Below are positions 27,560 through 39,089 of a stretch of DNA of 64,000 nt, piece after piece. The notes beneath the pieces are model-generated. The model searched no databases. It was not told the DNA's origin and saw only the letters and a list, made by a program, of their open reading frames with translations. Source of the DNA: an uncultured Muribaculaceae bacterium (GTDB lineage: Bacteria; Bacteroidota; Bacteroidia; Bacteroidales; Muribaculaceae); NCBI GenBank assembly GCA_910577315.1, contig CAJTME010000004.1:105732-169731 (forward strand). Reading direction: 5' to 3'. Each line of letters begins with the position of its first letter. Positions within the stretch are counted from its first letter, which is position 1. The translations under genes and the position numbers were made by a program.

Positions 27560-30559
27560 TCAATAAGCTGACGGTGCTGTGCGGCCACACATCGGCATGA
27601 ACTGGCACCATTTGCAGTGGGCAGGATCCTCACATTGGGTGAAAGGAACAGCCGGGTCGAAAATTTCGGAAATCAATTCGTTGAGCCGCGGACGGAAATC
27701 AGCCGAGAATCCCGGGAAATCCGGCAGAGGTTTGGTGTCGGAGTAGCACAGGTCGCTGATTTGCCCCGTGCGCACAATTTCCTTTACCCTATGCAGTGTC
27801 GGACGGATGCGGGCCGTTGGATCGACCATGTCGGCATAGGCCTCCGAATATACCATAAGCTGCAGCAGCGCCATTTTTTTTGAGTCGTATTTGAAAAGGT
27901 TGTCAAGCGTTGAGCCGATTTTATAGTCATCCCCGCCGGTTTTGTAATCGACGAAGCGCAACGACCCATCAGGAAGGCGGTCGATGCGGTCGACGAGCAT
28001 CTTGAAGTTGATGGCGAGTCCCTCGCAGACTTGCCACTGAGGAGAGGAATATTCCTGTTCCCCTCCGACATAGACGAACGAGCGTCCGCCCGAACAGAAT
28101 TTTTCTTCCTCGGCGGCCAGCATGGCTCTCAGCTGATATTCCACCTGCCCCTTTATGAGCTGTCCCTCGCAGTTGAGGTCCGACATGGTGGGATTTTCGA
28201 TTTTCATGCCGAGGAAATGGGCGATTTCGTCAATGAGTATGCTTTCAAGCCGGCCGTCGCTGTCCATCTCGCGGTAGGTATCCGAAGTTATTTCGCCTCC
28301 TTTGTATTTGTCAAACAGCCGCTGGGCCGTGTGGTGGAAGATGTCTCCTATCTTAGCCGGGTCGAGATAATCCACCGGGGCATCATCCTCGCGGAGGTCA
28401 TTGACAAAGCGCAGGTAAAAGCTGAGCGGACATCCCAGGTAAGTTTTCAGCGCCGAGGCCGATATGCGCAGCCCTCCCGGGCGCCGGTATGATTCGAGCT
28501 GTTCAAGAACCTTGCCTTCTTTTTTGACTTCGATAGTGCGTGGCGCCGGCGTCTTGCCTTCGAGCTGCATCTGACGGTGGACAATGGCCGGGTTTCCGTG
28601 GAGATATAGCAACTGGGCGAGATAGCGCGACATCTCCCCAGCACCGTTGGCCGAGGAGCGTGAATCGTAGAACAGGGTCACACGCGATGCCCGGCTTATT
28701 GCGCGGAAAAAATAGTAGGCATAGAAGCTCTCGCTCTGCTCGATGGGGGGCAGCCCGTAGCCACGGCGCAGGCTGTTTGGTATCATGGTGCGCACATAGT
28801 CGCGGCGCGGAAACGTGCGCTCGTTCATTGAAAGGAACGTTATGTTGTCGAAATCAATGGCGCGTGTTTCCAACACGCCCATTACCTGCAGTCCTTTCAA
28901 TGGCGTGCCTTCGACGTTGATGGTCTTGGACTGAAGAATACGCTCGAACAGCATTAGGAAGGTCGACTCGCGCATGGTTACGGCGTACTTGTCGATTAAC
29001 TGGCGCAGAACAGCAATCTGTGCGTCGAAATAGCGCAGGATGTCAAGCTCAAACGAGGTGTTGAACAATGCCGTGCCGGCATTGACTTCGAGAGCGGCGC
29101 GAACTCCGTTTACAAGCCCCACGACATATTCGCACGATTCTTCCAGACTTTCCTGATTCAGTATGGGTCGGAAAATATAGTCTAATTCAGGGAACTCCTC
29201 CAGAAGATAATCTGCCTCAAGGTTAAAGAGCCTCAGGTTGAAAATTTTCTGGCGCATTGCCTCGGCCTTTCCACCTGCAAGCAGCTGGAGGTGGGGATGC
29301 AGCAGAATCTCGAGTACGTCCTGGAAGAAATACGACACACCGCCCCGGCGTTTGCGCGAACGCCTCTGCATTGATATGATGGATCGGAAAAGGGTGGCGA
29401 ATGTGGTTGAGGTATACGGCAGCCCCATGGTGACGTTTACGGCGGGAATGTCGTGCGGCAATGCGAGCATCAGTGAGGTTAGCTGGCCTGCATCAGGGAC
29501 AATTACGGCGGTGTTGAACAATCCGTCGCCGTCGAGCATCCCTTCCGATGCCATCCTTTCAAGTTCGGCGCCCGCTGCCTTTGCCTGGACAACTGCCGAC
29601 GGCACTCCGATTATGTCGATGCGGGCAGGCGTGCCTATCTGTTCCATCTCGAAATCATCAGGCATCGGGAATTCTTTTGCCAGACGGCTGATAATCCTGA
29701 TTGCCGGGTTGTCCTCGTTGATTTTTCCGTCGGGAGTATAGAAGAACGGTGACGATAGGTCCCAGAAGAAATCGGCAGCCCCGGCCCTGCGCATGCGCGC
29801 CATTATGCATAGTTCCGCGTTGGTTACGTCGCTCAAACCGACAAAGACATAATGGCGCCGTTTTATGTCTGCAATGGCCGTGTCGGAAAGCCTCAGGGCG
29901 GCGTCGCGCATCTGGCGTCCCGGTGTGGTAAGCCGCTCTTTGGCGAGACGGTCGGAGAAGCGGCGGTATATTTCGGGGAGCATGCGCCATAACGACAGGA
30001 AACGGTCGTTTATGACCATGTCACGTCCGTCGGGCTTGGCATGGAGCCAAAAAGACTCAATGTGTTCTGTAAACCGGGTATGTCCCCATATCCTGCTGAT
30101 TATATCTTTCTGTTCGTCTGAAAGGTAATCGGCGGCAATGTCATGGAGGGCTTCAAGATTGGAATAGAGTTTGACAGGGTCGGCAAGCGCGCGGTCGATT
30201 TCATCAAAGTCGTCAAGAATCATGTCTCCCCAAAATATGAATTTATCAAATTCTTTGGGGACAAATGTGTTTTCGTCACCTCCGGCTGTGTTCAGCGCCT
30301 CGACGGTGCGGCAGTAAGAGTCGTAGAGCATGAAAAGACGCTCGAAGTGCGAGGCTTCGGAAACGCGGGTGATTTTGGCGGCAAAACGTCCGAAAGTGGT
30401 GAAACGGGGCATGAACACTGCCTTGTCCCCCACCCTTTGCTGGATATACTTTTTCAGAAACATCGCCGACCGCTTGTTGGGGAAGATGAAGGTGTAATCG
30501 GCGAGGTCCCGGATGTTTGAAGACGTATAATAATCGGCTATCTGCTCTAAGAACTTCAC
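27560..30559 (-). CDS. AddB-like PD-(D/E)XK nuclease with Fe-S cysteines
   Basis: FPNKRS, GLQVMGVLETR, ISASALKTYLGCP, DRID..FVDYKTG, CKWCQFMPMC. Confidence 0.88.
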   Translation of the reverse strand: MKFLEQIADYYTSSNIRDLADYTFIFPNKRSAMFLKKYIQQRVGDKAVFMPRFTTFGRFAAKITRVSEASHFERLFMLYDSYCRTVEALNTAGGDENTFVPKEFDKFIFWGDMILDDFDEIDRALADPVKLYSNLEALHDIAADYLSDEQKDIISRIWGHTRFTEHIESFWLHAKPDGRDMVINDRFLSLWRMLPEIYRRFSDRLAKERLTTPGRQMRDAALRLSDTAIADIKRRHYVFVGLSDVTNAELCIMARMRRAGAADFFWDLSSPFFYTPDGKINEDNPAIRIISRLAKEFPMPDDFEMEQIGTPARIDIIGVPSAVVQAKAAGAELERMASEGMLDGDGLFNTAVIVPDAGQLTSLMLALPHDIPAVNVTMGLPYTSTTFATLFRSIISMQRRSRKRRGGVSYFFQDVLEILLHPHLQLLAGGKAEAMRQKIFNLRLFNLEADYLLEEFPELDYIFRPILNQESLEESCEYVVGLVNGVRAALEVNAGTALFNTSFELDILRYFDAQIAVLRQLIDKYAVTMRESTFLMLFERILQSKTINVEGTPLKGLQVMGVLETRAIDFDNITFLSMNERTFPRRDYVRTMIPNSLRRGYGLPPIEQSESFYAYYFFRAISRASRVTLFYDSRSSANGAGEMSRYLAQLLYLHGNPAIVHRQMQLEGKTPAPRTIEVKKEGKVLEQLESYRRPGGLRISASALKTYLGCPLSFYLRFVNDLREDDAPVDYLDPAKIGDIFHHTAQRLFDKYKGGEITSDTYREMDSDGRLESILIDEIAHFLGMKIENPTMSDLNCEGQLIKGQVEYQLRAMLAAEEEKFCSGGRSFVYVGGEQEYSSPQWQVCEGLAINFKMLVDRIDRLPDGSLRFVDYKTGGDDYKIGSTLDNLFKYDSKKMALLQLMVYSEAYADMVDPTARIRPTLHRVKEIVRTGQISDLCYSDTKPLPDFPGFSADFRPRLNELISEIFDPAVPFTQCEDPAHCKWCQFMPMCGRTAPSAY

Positions 30560-30627
30560 TTTATGGAGGGGTTAGATTATCGTTGACGGGCTTTTTGAGT
30601 CGTATTTTGACGACCTTTTATTAATAA

Positions 30628-30658
30628 GACGATAGGGACGCAGCGCGCCCCTATCGTC
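30628..30658 (-). terminator. Mutase operon terminator hairpin
   Basis: GACGATAGGG/CCCTATCGTC stem. Confidence 0.65.
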
Positions 30659-30675
30659 ATACGGTCATAATGTCG

Positions 30676-32814
30676 TTATTCCTCGTTGAGGAGTTCAATC
30701 ATCTTGATTGCAGCTTCCGGGATGCGGGTGCCGGGGCCGAAGATGGCCGCTACGCCTGCCTTGTAGAGGAAGTCATAGTCCTGAGCGGGAATGACACCGC
30801 CGGCAACAACCATGATGTCCTCGCGGCCGAGCTTGCGGAGTTCCTCGATTACCTGTGGCACAAGTGTCTTGTGACCTGCTGCGAGCGAGCTTACGCCAAG
30901 CACATGGACGTCGTTTTCGACGGCCTGACGGGCAGCCTCGGCGGGAGTCTGGAACAGCGGTCCCATGTCTACGTCAAAGCCGCAGTCGGCATAGCCGGTG
31001 GCTACAACCTTGGCGCCGCGGTCGTGACCGTCCTGACCCATCTTGGCAATCATTATACGGGGCTGGCGACCTTCGCGTTTTGCGAATTCCTCGCACATCT
31101 GCTGCGCGCGGACAAAGTCGGGGTCTTTTTTAGTTTCTGCTGAATACACGCCTGAAATTGTTCGGATTACTGCTTTGTAACGGCCTACGACATCTTCGCA
31201 GGCATCGGAAATTTCGCCGAGCGACGCACGGAGGCCGGCTGCCTTGACGGCGAGGTCAAGAAGGTTGCCTTCCTTGGTGCGGACACATTCGGTGATGGCT
31301 GCGAGGGCTTCCTTGACTTTGGCTTCGTCGCGGTCGGCACGGAGGTCGTTGAGACGAGCAATCTGCTCTTCACGCACCTGGGTGTTGTCGATTTCGAGGA
31401 TGTCGATGGGATCTTCGTGGTCGAGACGGTATTTGTTGATGCCGACGATGGTCTGACGGCCTGAGTCGATACGGGCCTGGGTGCGTGCGGCGGCTTCCTC
31501 GATACGGAGTTTGGGAAGGCCGGTTTCGATAGCCTTAGCCATGCCGCCGAGCTTCTCGATTTCCTGGATATGTTCCCATGCGCGGTGAGCGATTTCGTTG
31601 GTGAGCGCTTCCACGTAGTATGAACCTGCCCAGGGGTCGACCTGCTTGGTGACCATCGTTTCTTCCTGAATGTAAATCTGGGTGTTTCGTGCGATACGTG
31701 CCGAGAAGTCGGTGGGAAGGGCGATTGCCTCGTCGAGGGCGTTGGTGTGGAGCGACTGGGTGTGGCCCAGGGCTGCGCCCATGGCCTCGATACAGGTGCG
31801 GCCAACGTTGTTGAAGGGGTCCTGCTCGGTGAGCGACCAGCCGGATGTCTGCGAGTGGGTGCGGAGTGCGAGCGACTTGGGGTTCTTGGGGTTGAACTGC
31901 TTGACAATCTTTGCCCAGAGCATGCGTGCGGCGCGCATCTTGGCAACTTCCATGAAGAAGTTCATGCCGATTGCCCAGAAGAACGACAGACGCGGAGCAA
32001 ATGCGTCGATGTCCATACCGGCGTTAACACCGGCGCGGAGGTATTCGAGACCGTCGGCGAGAGTGTAAGCCAGCTCGATGTCACAGGTGGCGCCGGCTTC
32101 CTGCATGTGGTAGCCGGAGATGGAAATCGAGTTGAATTTGGGCATGTTCTGCGAGGTGTACTCGAAGATGTCGGCGATGATGCGCATCGAGAATTCCGGG
32201 GGATAGATATATGTGTTGCGCACCATGAATTCCTTGAGGATGTCGTTTTGGATGGTACCGGCCATTTCCTCAAGCTTGGCTCCCTGTTCGAGGCCAGCGT
32301 TGATGTAGAAGGCGAGCACGGGAAGAACGGCGCCGTTCATGGTCATCGAAACCGACATTTTGTTCAAGGGGATGCCATCGAACAGTACCTTCATGTCCTC
32401 GATTGAGCAAATCGACACACCGGCCTTGCCCACGTCACCGACAACACGGGGATGGTCGGCGTCATAGCCGCGGTGTGTGGCGAGGTCAAACGCCACGGAA
32501 AGGCCCTTCTGGCCTGCGGCGAGGTTGCGGCGGTAGAATGCGTTTGATTCAGCGGCGGTGGAGAAACCGGCATACTGACGGATGGTCCAGGGACGCAGGG
32601 GATACATGGCGCTGTACGGACCGCGGAGGAACGGGGGAATACCTGACACGTAGTTGAGGTGTTCCAGACCTTGCAGGTCGTCTTTCGTATATATGGGCTT
32701 GACCGGAATAAGCTCAGGGGTGAGCCAGTCCTGCTCGGGGTTGGCAGCTACGGCAGAGTGCTGAGCGCCGAACGAGTCTTTTGTAATGTCTATGGTGGAG
32801 AAATCGGGTCTCAT
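30676..32814 (-). CDS. scpA: Methylmalonyl-CoA mutase, catalytic (large) subunit
   Basis: [27 protein letters not shown]12-binding [16 protein letters not shown]. Confidence 0.97.
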   Translation of the reverse strand: MRPDFSTIDITKDSFGAQHSAVAANPEQDWLTPELIPVKPIYTKDDLQGLEHLNYVSGIPPFLRGPYSAMYPLRPWTIRQYAGFSTAAESNAFYRRNLAAGQKGLSVAFDLATHRGYDADHPRVVGDVGKAGVSICSIEDMKVLFDGIPLNKMSVSMTMNGAVLPVLAFYINAGLEQGAKLEEMAGTIQNDILKEFMVRNTYIYPPEFSMRIIADIFEYTSQNMPKFNSISISGYHMQEAGATCDIELAYTLADGLEYLRAGVNAGMDIDAFAPRLSFFWAIGMNFFMEVAKMRAARMLWAKIVKQFNPKNPKSLALRTHSQTSGWSLTEQDPFNNVGRTCIEAMGAALGHTQSLHTNALDEAIALPTDFSARIARNTQIYIQEETMVTKQVDPWAGSYYVEALTNEIAHRAWEHIQEIEKLGGMAKAIETGLPKLRIEEAAARTQARIDSGRQTIVGINKYRLDHEDPIDILEIDNTQVREEQIARLNDLRADRDEAKVKEALAAITECVRTKEGNLLDLAVKAAGLRASLGEISDACEDVVGRYKAVIRTISGVYSAETKKDPDFVRAQQMCEEFAKREGRQPRIMIAKMGQDGHDRGAKVVATGYADCGFDVDMGPLFQTPAEAARQAVENDVHVLGVSSLAAGHKTLVPQVIEELRKLGREDIMVVAGGVIPAQDYDFLYKAGVAAIFGPGTRIPEAAIKMIELLNEE

Positions 32815-32837
32815 TTCTTTGTGTTGTAGCTGGTTAA

Positions 32838-34694
32838 TTATTTGTTGAGAAGACGAGCGTTGAAGTCGCGGAGGGTTTCAAGCACGTTGCAGCGAACATG
32901 TACGAAGTCCTTGATTCCGGCAGCCTGGAGTTCTTCGGTGCAGGCGGGATTGCCGGCAACCACAAACTCGGCGCGACCGTCGAGATACTTGAATGCTTCG
33001 GGAGCAAGAGTGGCGTATTCGTCGTCTGACGAGCAGAGAACCACTACGTCGGCACCCTGAGCCAAAGCTGCATCGACGCCCTGCTCGACGGTGTCGAAGC
33101 CGAGGTTGTCGATGATTTCATAACCGGCGCAACCGAAGAAGTTGGTCGAGAACTGGGCGCGGGCAAGGCGCATGGCAAGGTTGCCGATGGTGAGCATGAA
33201 CACCTTCGGGCGTTTGGCGGCAGCCTCGGTGGCCAGGCGGAGCTCTTCGAAGTCAGAGGCAGCGCGTTTGCCGCAGAGGGCCTTGTCGGACTTTTCTTCC
33301 TCGCCGCAGCCGCAGTGGCATGAGCAGTTGGAATTTGCAATCTTGCCGGCAGCTGTTTCGTTGATGTTGGGATACTGGTTGGTGCCGAGCAGGATTTCCT
33401 TGCGGCGTGCAACCTCGGTGTGGCGCTTCACGCAAGAGTCATTGACGGCCTTCTGCACCTTGCCTTCTGAAACGAGTGCGAAGAAACCGCCCTCTTTTTC
33501 GGTGGCGAGGAAGAGTTTCCAGGCTTCGTTTGCCAGCGATACGGTGAGGGTTTCCACATAGTATGAACCACCGGCTGGATCGATAACCTTGTCGAGATGG
33601 CTTTCTTCCTTGAGGAGGAACTGCTGGTTGCGGGCGATGCGTTCGCTGAAAGCGTCAGGTTTCTGATAAGGAACGTCAAAGGGTGTGGTGGTGATGGAAT
33701 CTACGCCTGCGAGTGCAGCCGACATGGTTTCGGTCTGGCTGCGGAGGAGGTTGACGTGGGCGTCGTAGATTGTCTGGTTGAAGCGCGATGTCGATGCGTG
33801 TACGTGCATTTTTGCACATTCAAGGCTTGCGGGCTTGTACTGAGCGACAATCTGCGCCCAAAGCATGCGGGCTGCGCGGAATTTGGCCAGCTCCATGAAA
33901 TAGTTGGACGATACGCCCATGTTGAACTTAACACGTGCGGCAACTTCATCTACCGACAGGCCGGCGTCGGTGAGGAGGGTGAGCCAGTCGGCGCCCCATG
34001 CGAGGGCGTAACCGAGTTCCTGATAGATGAATGCGCCCGAGTTGGAGAGCATGTCGGAATCTACGGCCAGCACTTTGAGGCCCGGAACTTCGGAAACCTC
34101 GGCGAGGAGAGCCTTGGCGGTCTCGACGATTGCGGGAACGTCCGCTTCCTTGCCATGACGCAGGGAACGGCGGAGGGGATTGTAGTCGATTGAGCCACGG
34201 AATGTTTTTTCAACACCGTTGGCTTTTATGTATTTCACCAGGGCTGCGGCAAGGTCAAGCGCCTTGCGGGGGCAGCATGTGAAGTTGATTTCAACTGTTG
34301 AGAGGTCGATGCCTTTCATGAGGGTTGCGAGGGTGGCTTCCGAAGGGTCTTCAACTTTGAATCCGAGCGAAGTCACGCCCTTGGTGAGTACCTCGACGGC
34401 AACGGCATTGGCTGCTTCGGGTTCGCACTCGATGATTTCCTGGCGGGTGAGCCAGTCGTTGGTGGTGCGGATGCCGCGGACGTATGGAAACTCGCCCGGC
34501 AGGCTGTCTGTTGTTTTAAGGTCGGCAATGTCTTCGGCGCGGTACATAGGCTGCACGTTGAAGCCCTCGTTAGTGCGCCAGACCAGTTTCTTGTCGAAGT
34601 CGGCGCCTTTGAGGTCGGCCACGACTTTGGCGCGCCATTCTTCCATGGATACGCCCGGGAACTGGTCAAACAATTTTTCGGTCTTTTCTGACAT
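32838..34694 (-). CDS. mutA: Methylmalonyl-CoA mutase small subunit
   Basis: [37 protein letters not shown]; lacks DxHxxG. Confidence 0.93.
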   Translation of the reverse strand: MSEKTEKLFDQFPGVSMEEWRAKVVADLKGADFDKKLVWRTNEGFNVQPMYRAEDIADLKTTDSLPGEFPYVRGIRTTNDWLTRQEIIECEPEAANAVAVEVLTKGVTSLGFKVEDPSEATLATLMKGIDLSTVEINFTCCPRKALDLAAALVKYIKANGVEKTFRGSIDYNPLRRSLRHGKEADVPAIVETAKALLAEVSEVPGLKVLAVDSDMLSNSGAFIYQELGYALAWGADWLTLLTDAGLSVDEVAARVKFNMGVSSNYFMELAKFRAARMLWAQIVAQYKPASLECAKMHVHASTSRFNQTIYDAHVNLLRSQTETMSAALAGVDSITTTPFDVPYQKPDAFSERIARNQQFLLKEESHLDKVIDPAGGSYYVETLTVSLANEAWKLFLATEKEGGFFALVSEGKVQKAVNDSCVKRHTEVARRKEILLGTNQYPNINETAAGKIANSNCSCHCGCGEEEKSDKALCGKRAASDFEELRLATEAAAKRPKVFMLTIGNLAMRLARAQFSTNFFGCAGYEIIDNLGFDTVEQGVDAALAQGADVVVLCSSDDEYATLAPEAFKYLDGRAEFVVAGNPACTEELQAAGIKDFVHVRCNVLETLRDFNARLLNK

Positions 34695-34929
34695 AACTTT
34701 GTTTAGGGTAGTTATAATGTTTATTAGATTTTCGGTCGGTGACAGAAAATAGAGTGGCGGGAGCCGCCTGATGTTTTCCCGGCAAAGATAGCACAAAAAA
34801 TCGGTAAATCAACACATTTGATAATAAAAATATTTTTTGCCCCGGAATAGGGATGGCAACGGAGATTTTTATTAATTTTGTAGGATATTTAATTTAAGTA
34901 AAAACCCGTTTAATAAAAACTAATCCGCG

Positions 34930-37900
34930 ATGACATATGAGATAGGCCAAATATATGAATTTGACGTAATTAAGGACTATGGTGAGGATGAAGACATTTT
35001 CCGTCTGCACATTCCTGGCTACGGCGAAGGGCGCCTGGCAAAATTCAAGTTCCAGAAAAACGAGCCTTTGCCCGACCGATTGAAGTGCCGCATTAAATTT
35101 TTCAGCAACGGTTTTCCTGTTCCGGGACACTATATGCCCCAGTATGTCAACCGGTTTTACCGTCAGGGATATGAGCAGGGAGCCGTGTTTGAGTTCAAGG
35201 TAGTTGGCCTTCCCCCGGCTCCTGGCGGACATTTCAGTCTTGAGGACAAATACGGGATTCGCTATAATCTTCACGACAACGCTGCATTATTGGTCGAGGG
35301 ACAGAAGGTTCTGTGCAGATTCACTAAACTGTCCGTAACATATTTCAACCTTGAGCTTGCCAACGGCGACATGAGGCTGCCTCTGATCAAGCCCGAGGTA
35401 TTTCTTGGCAACATCGGCGTTAAGGGGATCATGCGCTCGCGTCTTGTGAAACTTCTCGGAGAATTTCTTCCTGACGCACAGGCTGAACTTGATTCAGACA
35501 GCGCACTGTGGGTTGTTACGGCCTTGAAAGGAATAGGTAGCCGCCTTGCCGAGTGGTTCGTGCAGTCTGACATCCGGCGCCACAATGTATTCTTCCGCAA
35601 ATTGGTGGCGATAGCCCGCACAGGCGGTCTCTATCTGCTGGAAAATTCACGGTTCCTCCGCAATCTTGCCGAGGAACAGCGACGCAATCTGCAGGCCATA
35701 CTCACCGAGGCGGTCGAAAATCTCGACCCATTCCGACTTGTGCTCGAACTGGTGGAAAGCGGCAAGGAGAGGGAATTTGTTGAGAGCCTGATGACTAAAC
35801 TGCGCGAAAGCGGCTATCTGTATCACCCCGCGCGACAGTTCTCGCTGATGATGATGATATTCCGCACCGAGCCGGCATTGGTCCAGACTTATCTCGGCAA
35901 GATTTTCGAAACCATCATGGAATGGAAGCTCGAGACCTGGACAGCCGAGCCGTTCCGCAGCGCTTTCGTACGCCAGTTTGAAATCTATATACGGCAGAGT
36001 TGCCGGGAAATTGACCTCCTGCCCCAGGCCGACACTCAGGCCGACATAGACCGCATCGAGAAAATCGTCACGGCAATAGCATTGCAGATGCTCATTTCGG
36101 GCGACTCGACCTCATCGCAATACAAGCGCAACCGCTCGCTGTTCTACCGCTACATATCGCTGTTGAGGCCGGTGCGCAGCGACGAACTTCTTGACAAGGC
36201 ATTCCTGACCCTGATGGGCGTGAACCTCCCCCTGGAATTCACATACGATACCATCAAGGAACCCACCATGCTGATGACCCGCGCCACCGTGCGGCCGCCC
36301 GAAGACGCTTCGAACATCGACACCATCCATTCGATGCAGGAAGGCGACATACAGATTACCGTCGATGGCGACGGCATATCGGTGATGCGCACCGACGACA
36401 CCAATGCTGGCCGCATCTTGCCGAACGGAATGATGGAATGGCTTTCCCCGCAGATTTATCTGTCGGGACTGCAAAGCCTGAACGGTGGCCAACTGAACAG
36501 CTTTGACGCCCATCGCCGTCTGTGGGGAAACATTGAGAAGGCTCTTTTTGAGTCCAGGGCACATGCGGCTGCAAAGATACGCGAACGGCGCAAGGCCGAG
36601 GTGGGTGACCGCGTGAAAATCCATATCAGCCAGGACGAACGTTACCGTGCCGACAATCCCATGTGGGAAGCCGCCATCAGTGATGAAAACTTTTTTGACG
36701 GCAAGGGTGTCATCTACCGCGATAACATAGTTGGCTACAACCTGCGCTCTTCCGACCTTGACCGCAACCGCGCGCTTGCCCGCAGCGCTTTTGTCGACAG
36801 CAACGGGCGTCCCCGCCACTTCCTTGCAACCGTCGAATCCATCGATCATGAGGGAATATACCACTTCTCGTTGATTGACGATGTGGCCGAGCAATGCGGC
36901 AATATAATGAACTACAACGATACATACCTTGCCGTAATTGCAAACTGCGACCAATATGAATACAGCGCGATTGCCGAGACCGGGTATGGCATCCACCTCC
37001 AGCGCCAGCCGGGCGACCCGGAATATCACCGTCAGGACATCGTGGCCTTCCGTGTGCTCGACATGAACAATCCCCGCCACATAAAAGGCACGATTCTTTA
37101 TGATGAGGAAGGACAGACACTCGACAAAGTGTTCGCTTTTTCCGAACTGATGAAGGGTATATCCTTTGATGAAGAGGATGACGAACTCGACGGCACAATG
37201 ATGCTGGACTCCGACGAGAACCTGTCGCATGAGGACGTTATTGAAATCATTGAGCTGATAAGGTTCAAGGCTATCTCCACGAGCAATCTTCTGGCAGCCT
37301 ACGACTATCTTCAGTTCGGCCGTCTCCTTGCCCTCATTATCGGAGCCAAAGAGCTGGCCAAGCGACTTGAAGTACATGCCGCCATGTTGCGCCTCCACCA
37401 GTTTTACGCGACCAATCGCCGCGTCGATTCAGACGAACTGGAAAAATTCCGCTCGGAAGTGGCAGGCTTCCCGATGCTTGAGGTTGTGTTCCACCGTCTT
37501 GAGATTGTATCCTGGCTTGGCGATGCCGACCACAACGAAGATCTGTGGGAGACGGTCAAGGAGGGACGCAATCTTCTCGAAAGCAACCTTGCCCGACTGG
37601 TACTCTCGGTCAACATGCTTCCCGACGGGTCGAATGATGATGCCGTGGCCGAAGGGCTCAAGACTAAAATCGCACAGATGCTTGGCGTCAATTTCGAGGC
37701 ACGTCAGCTTAAATCGTACGGACGCGAGAACCAGTTCATCGAGTTCAAGTCGAGCATCGTTTATCCCGCACGCAAGAAGGGTGAGAAAGTTAAGGCGGAT
37801 CCAGAGGCACAGCAGTTCGTGATTTTGAAAACCATCGCGGGCTTCCTGAATTCATCGGGCGGCACGTTGTATATCGGCGTGAACGACTACACGCGCTGCG

Positions 37901-39006
37901 AGGCAGGTCTGTTTGAGGATTTCGAGTACTATAAGCATCGCAAGGCCACCAACCACGGCTATTTTTACGATGTGAAGAATATTGACAATTACATCGTGTT
38001 CCTTTCCAACATGATCCGTAACGAATGGGGCACCCTTATGGGCGAGAGCGTCCAGGTGTCGCGTGATGAGGAGGCTTCGCATGACGTGGTGGTCGTGAAA
38101 GTCTCTCCCCGCACCACTCCAGTTTTCCTCAACGATACGATTTTTGTGCGCCGCTCCAACAACACGATGATGCTCAACGAAGCCGAACAAAAGGAATTTG
38201 TTGAGGAGCGCAAGATGCTTGAACTACGTCGCCGCGAGGAACTCAATGTGGCAATGGCCAAGGAAGAGGCGCGAAAAGTCGAACTTGTCGAGGCAACCGC
38301 TACGAAAACCAAGGCCGAAGTTCCAACAGAAGTCACAGCACCCGAGGCGACCTATGATGTACAGGAAGAGGACACTGAGAAAGTAGCAACTTCAACATGG
38401 CGTCCCAATGTGCTCCATGACTGGGAGGAAGGATATGTCGAACCGGCGGGGTATCTGTATTTCAAGTCGGACAACACCTTCAAACGGACCGTTGAGGACC
38501 GCCAGGCAGACTATGACCCGGACTGTGTGCTCGCCATGTCGTTTACCGCGGGCGAGGAACAGCAGGGCCTGTTGGTGATGGTGTTTGACAACCAGAAAAT
38601 CCTCAAGGTACCCATGTCGGAAATAATGGAGAAAGACGCTGACCGCGACATAAATTTCTATAAAGATGGAAATCTTGTTTTCGCCACCATCGCCATGCCG
38701 GGGCAGGCATTGCTCGCCCACCTCACCGACAGCAAGACCACGGTGCACCGCCGCGTTGTGCCGCTTGCCGACATTGCCAACGGTCACCTTAACTCAAATC
38801 CCGAAATCATAGCCGACGCCCCTGGTGTCGCAGGTGTCGTGGGCTGTGAGATTGTGGCCGAAAATGCAATGGAGCTGTTCAGCGGCTCGCTTGAGAAGGA
38901 TATGTCGACGCGTCAGATTGGCTACACATTGCGCACAGCGGCCGATACCGACCGCGCACGTCAGCTATTTGACGAAGACTGCCGCAAAAGCAGTGGAAAG
39001 AGCTGA
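34930..39006 (+). CDS. Large multidomain protein with Schlafen/AlbA_2 domain
   Basis: 1358 aa; ENQFIEFKSS (res 933-942), KTIAGFLNSSGGTLYIGVND, IFVRRSNNT. Confidence 0.85.
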   Translation: MTYEIGQIYEFDVIKDYGEDEDIFRLHIPGYGEGRLAKFKFQKNEPLPDRLKCRIKFFSNGFPVPGHYMPQYVNRFYRQGYEQGAVFEFKVVGLPPAPGGHFSLEDKYGIRYNLHDNAALLVEGQKVLCRFTKLSVTYFNLELANGDMRLPLIKPEVFLGNIGVKGIMRSRLVKLLGEFLPDAQAELDSDSALWVVTALKGIGSRLAEWFVQSDIRRHNVFFRKLVAIARTGGLYLLENSRFLRNLAEEQRRNLQAILTEAVENLDPFRLVLELVESGKEREFVESLMTKLRESGYLYHPARQFSLMMMIFRTEPALVQTYLGKIFETIMEWKLETWTAEPFRSAFVRQFEIYIRQSCREIDLLPQADTQADIDRIEKIVTAIALQMLISGDSTSSQYKRNRSLFYRYISLLRPVRSDELLDKAFLTLMGVNLPLEFTYDTIKEPTMLMTRATVRPPEDASNIDTIHSMQEGDIQITVDGDGISVMRTDDTNAGRILPNGMMEWLSPQIYLSGLQSLNGGQLNSFDAHRRLWGNIEKALFESRAHAAAKIRERRKAEVGDRVKIHISQDERYRADNPMWEAAISDENFFDGKGVIYRDNIVGYNLRSSDLDRNRALARSAFVDSNGRPRHFLATVESIDHEGIYHFSLIDDVAEQCGNIMNYNDTYLAVIANCDQYEYSAIAETGYGIHLQRQPGDPEYHRQDIVAFRVLDMNNPRHIKGTILYDEEGQTLDKVFAFSELMKGISFDEEDDELDGTMMLDSDENLSHEDVIEIIELIRFKAISTSNLLAAYDYLQFGRLLALIIGAKELAKRLEVHAAMLRLHQFYATNRRVDSDELEKFRSEVAGFPMLEVVFHRLEIVSWLGDADHNEDLWETVKEGRNLLESNLARLVLSVNMLPDGSNDDAVAEGLKTKIAQMLGVNFEARQLKSYGRENQFIEFKSSIVYPARKKGEKVKADPEAQQFVILKTIAGFLNSSGGTLYIGVNDYTRCEAGLFEDFEYYKHRKATNHGYFYDVKNIDNYIVFLSNMIRNEWGTLMGESVQVSRDEEASHDVVVVKVSPRTTPVFLNDTIFVRRSNNTMMLNEAEQKEFVEERKMLELRRREELNVAMAKEEARKVELVEATATKTKAEVPTEVTAPEATYDVQEEDTEKVATSTWRPNVLHDWEEGYVEPAGYLYFKSDNTFKRTVEDRQADYDPDCVLAMSFTAGEEQQGLLVMVFDNQKILKVPMSEIMEKDADRDINFYKDGNLVFATIAMPGQALLAHLTDSKTTVHRRVVPLADIANGHLNSNPEIIADAPGVAGVVGCEIVAENAMELFSGSLEKDMSTRQIGYTLRTAADTDRARQLFDEDCRKSSGKS

Positions 39007-39089
39007 AAACCTGAATTGTGCCCGCGCATTCATAATAAATATTAAGCTTATCCGTTTAAAGTACAGAATAAAGAGTTTATACAGTTCAG

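Noticed and set aside
27560..30559. Cas4-like nuclease suggesting a CRISPR locus
   Set aside because: Fused to an AddB-type helicase-like body; no cas1/cas2 and no repeat-spacer array seen in the window
34700..34790. Small hairpins in the mutA leader as a cobalamin riboswitch
   Set aside because: Leader is under 100 nt and lacks the conserved B12-box elements
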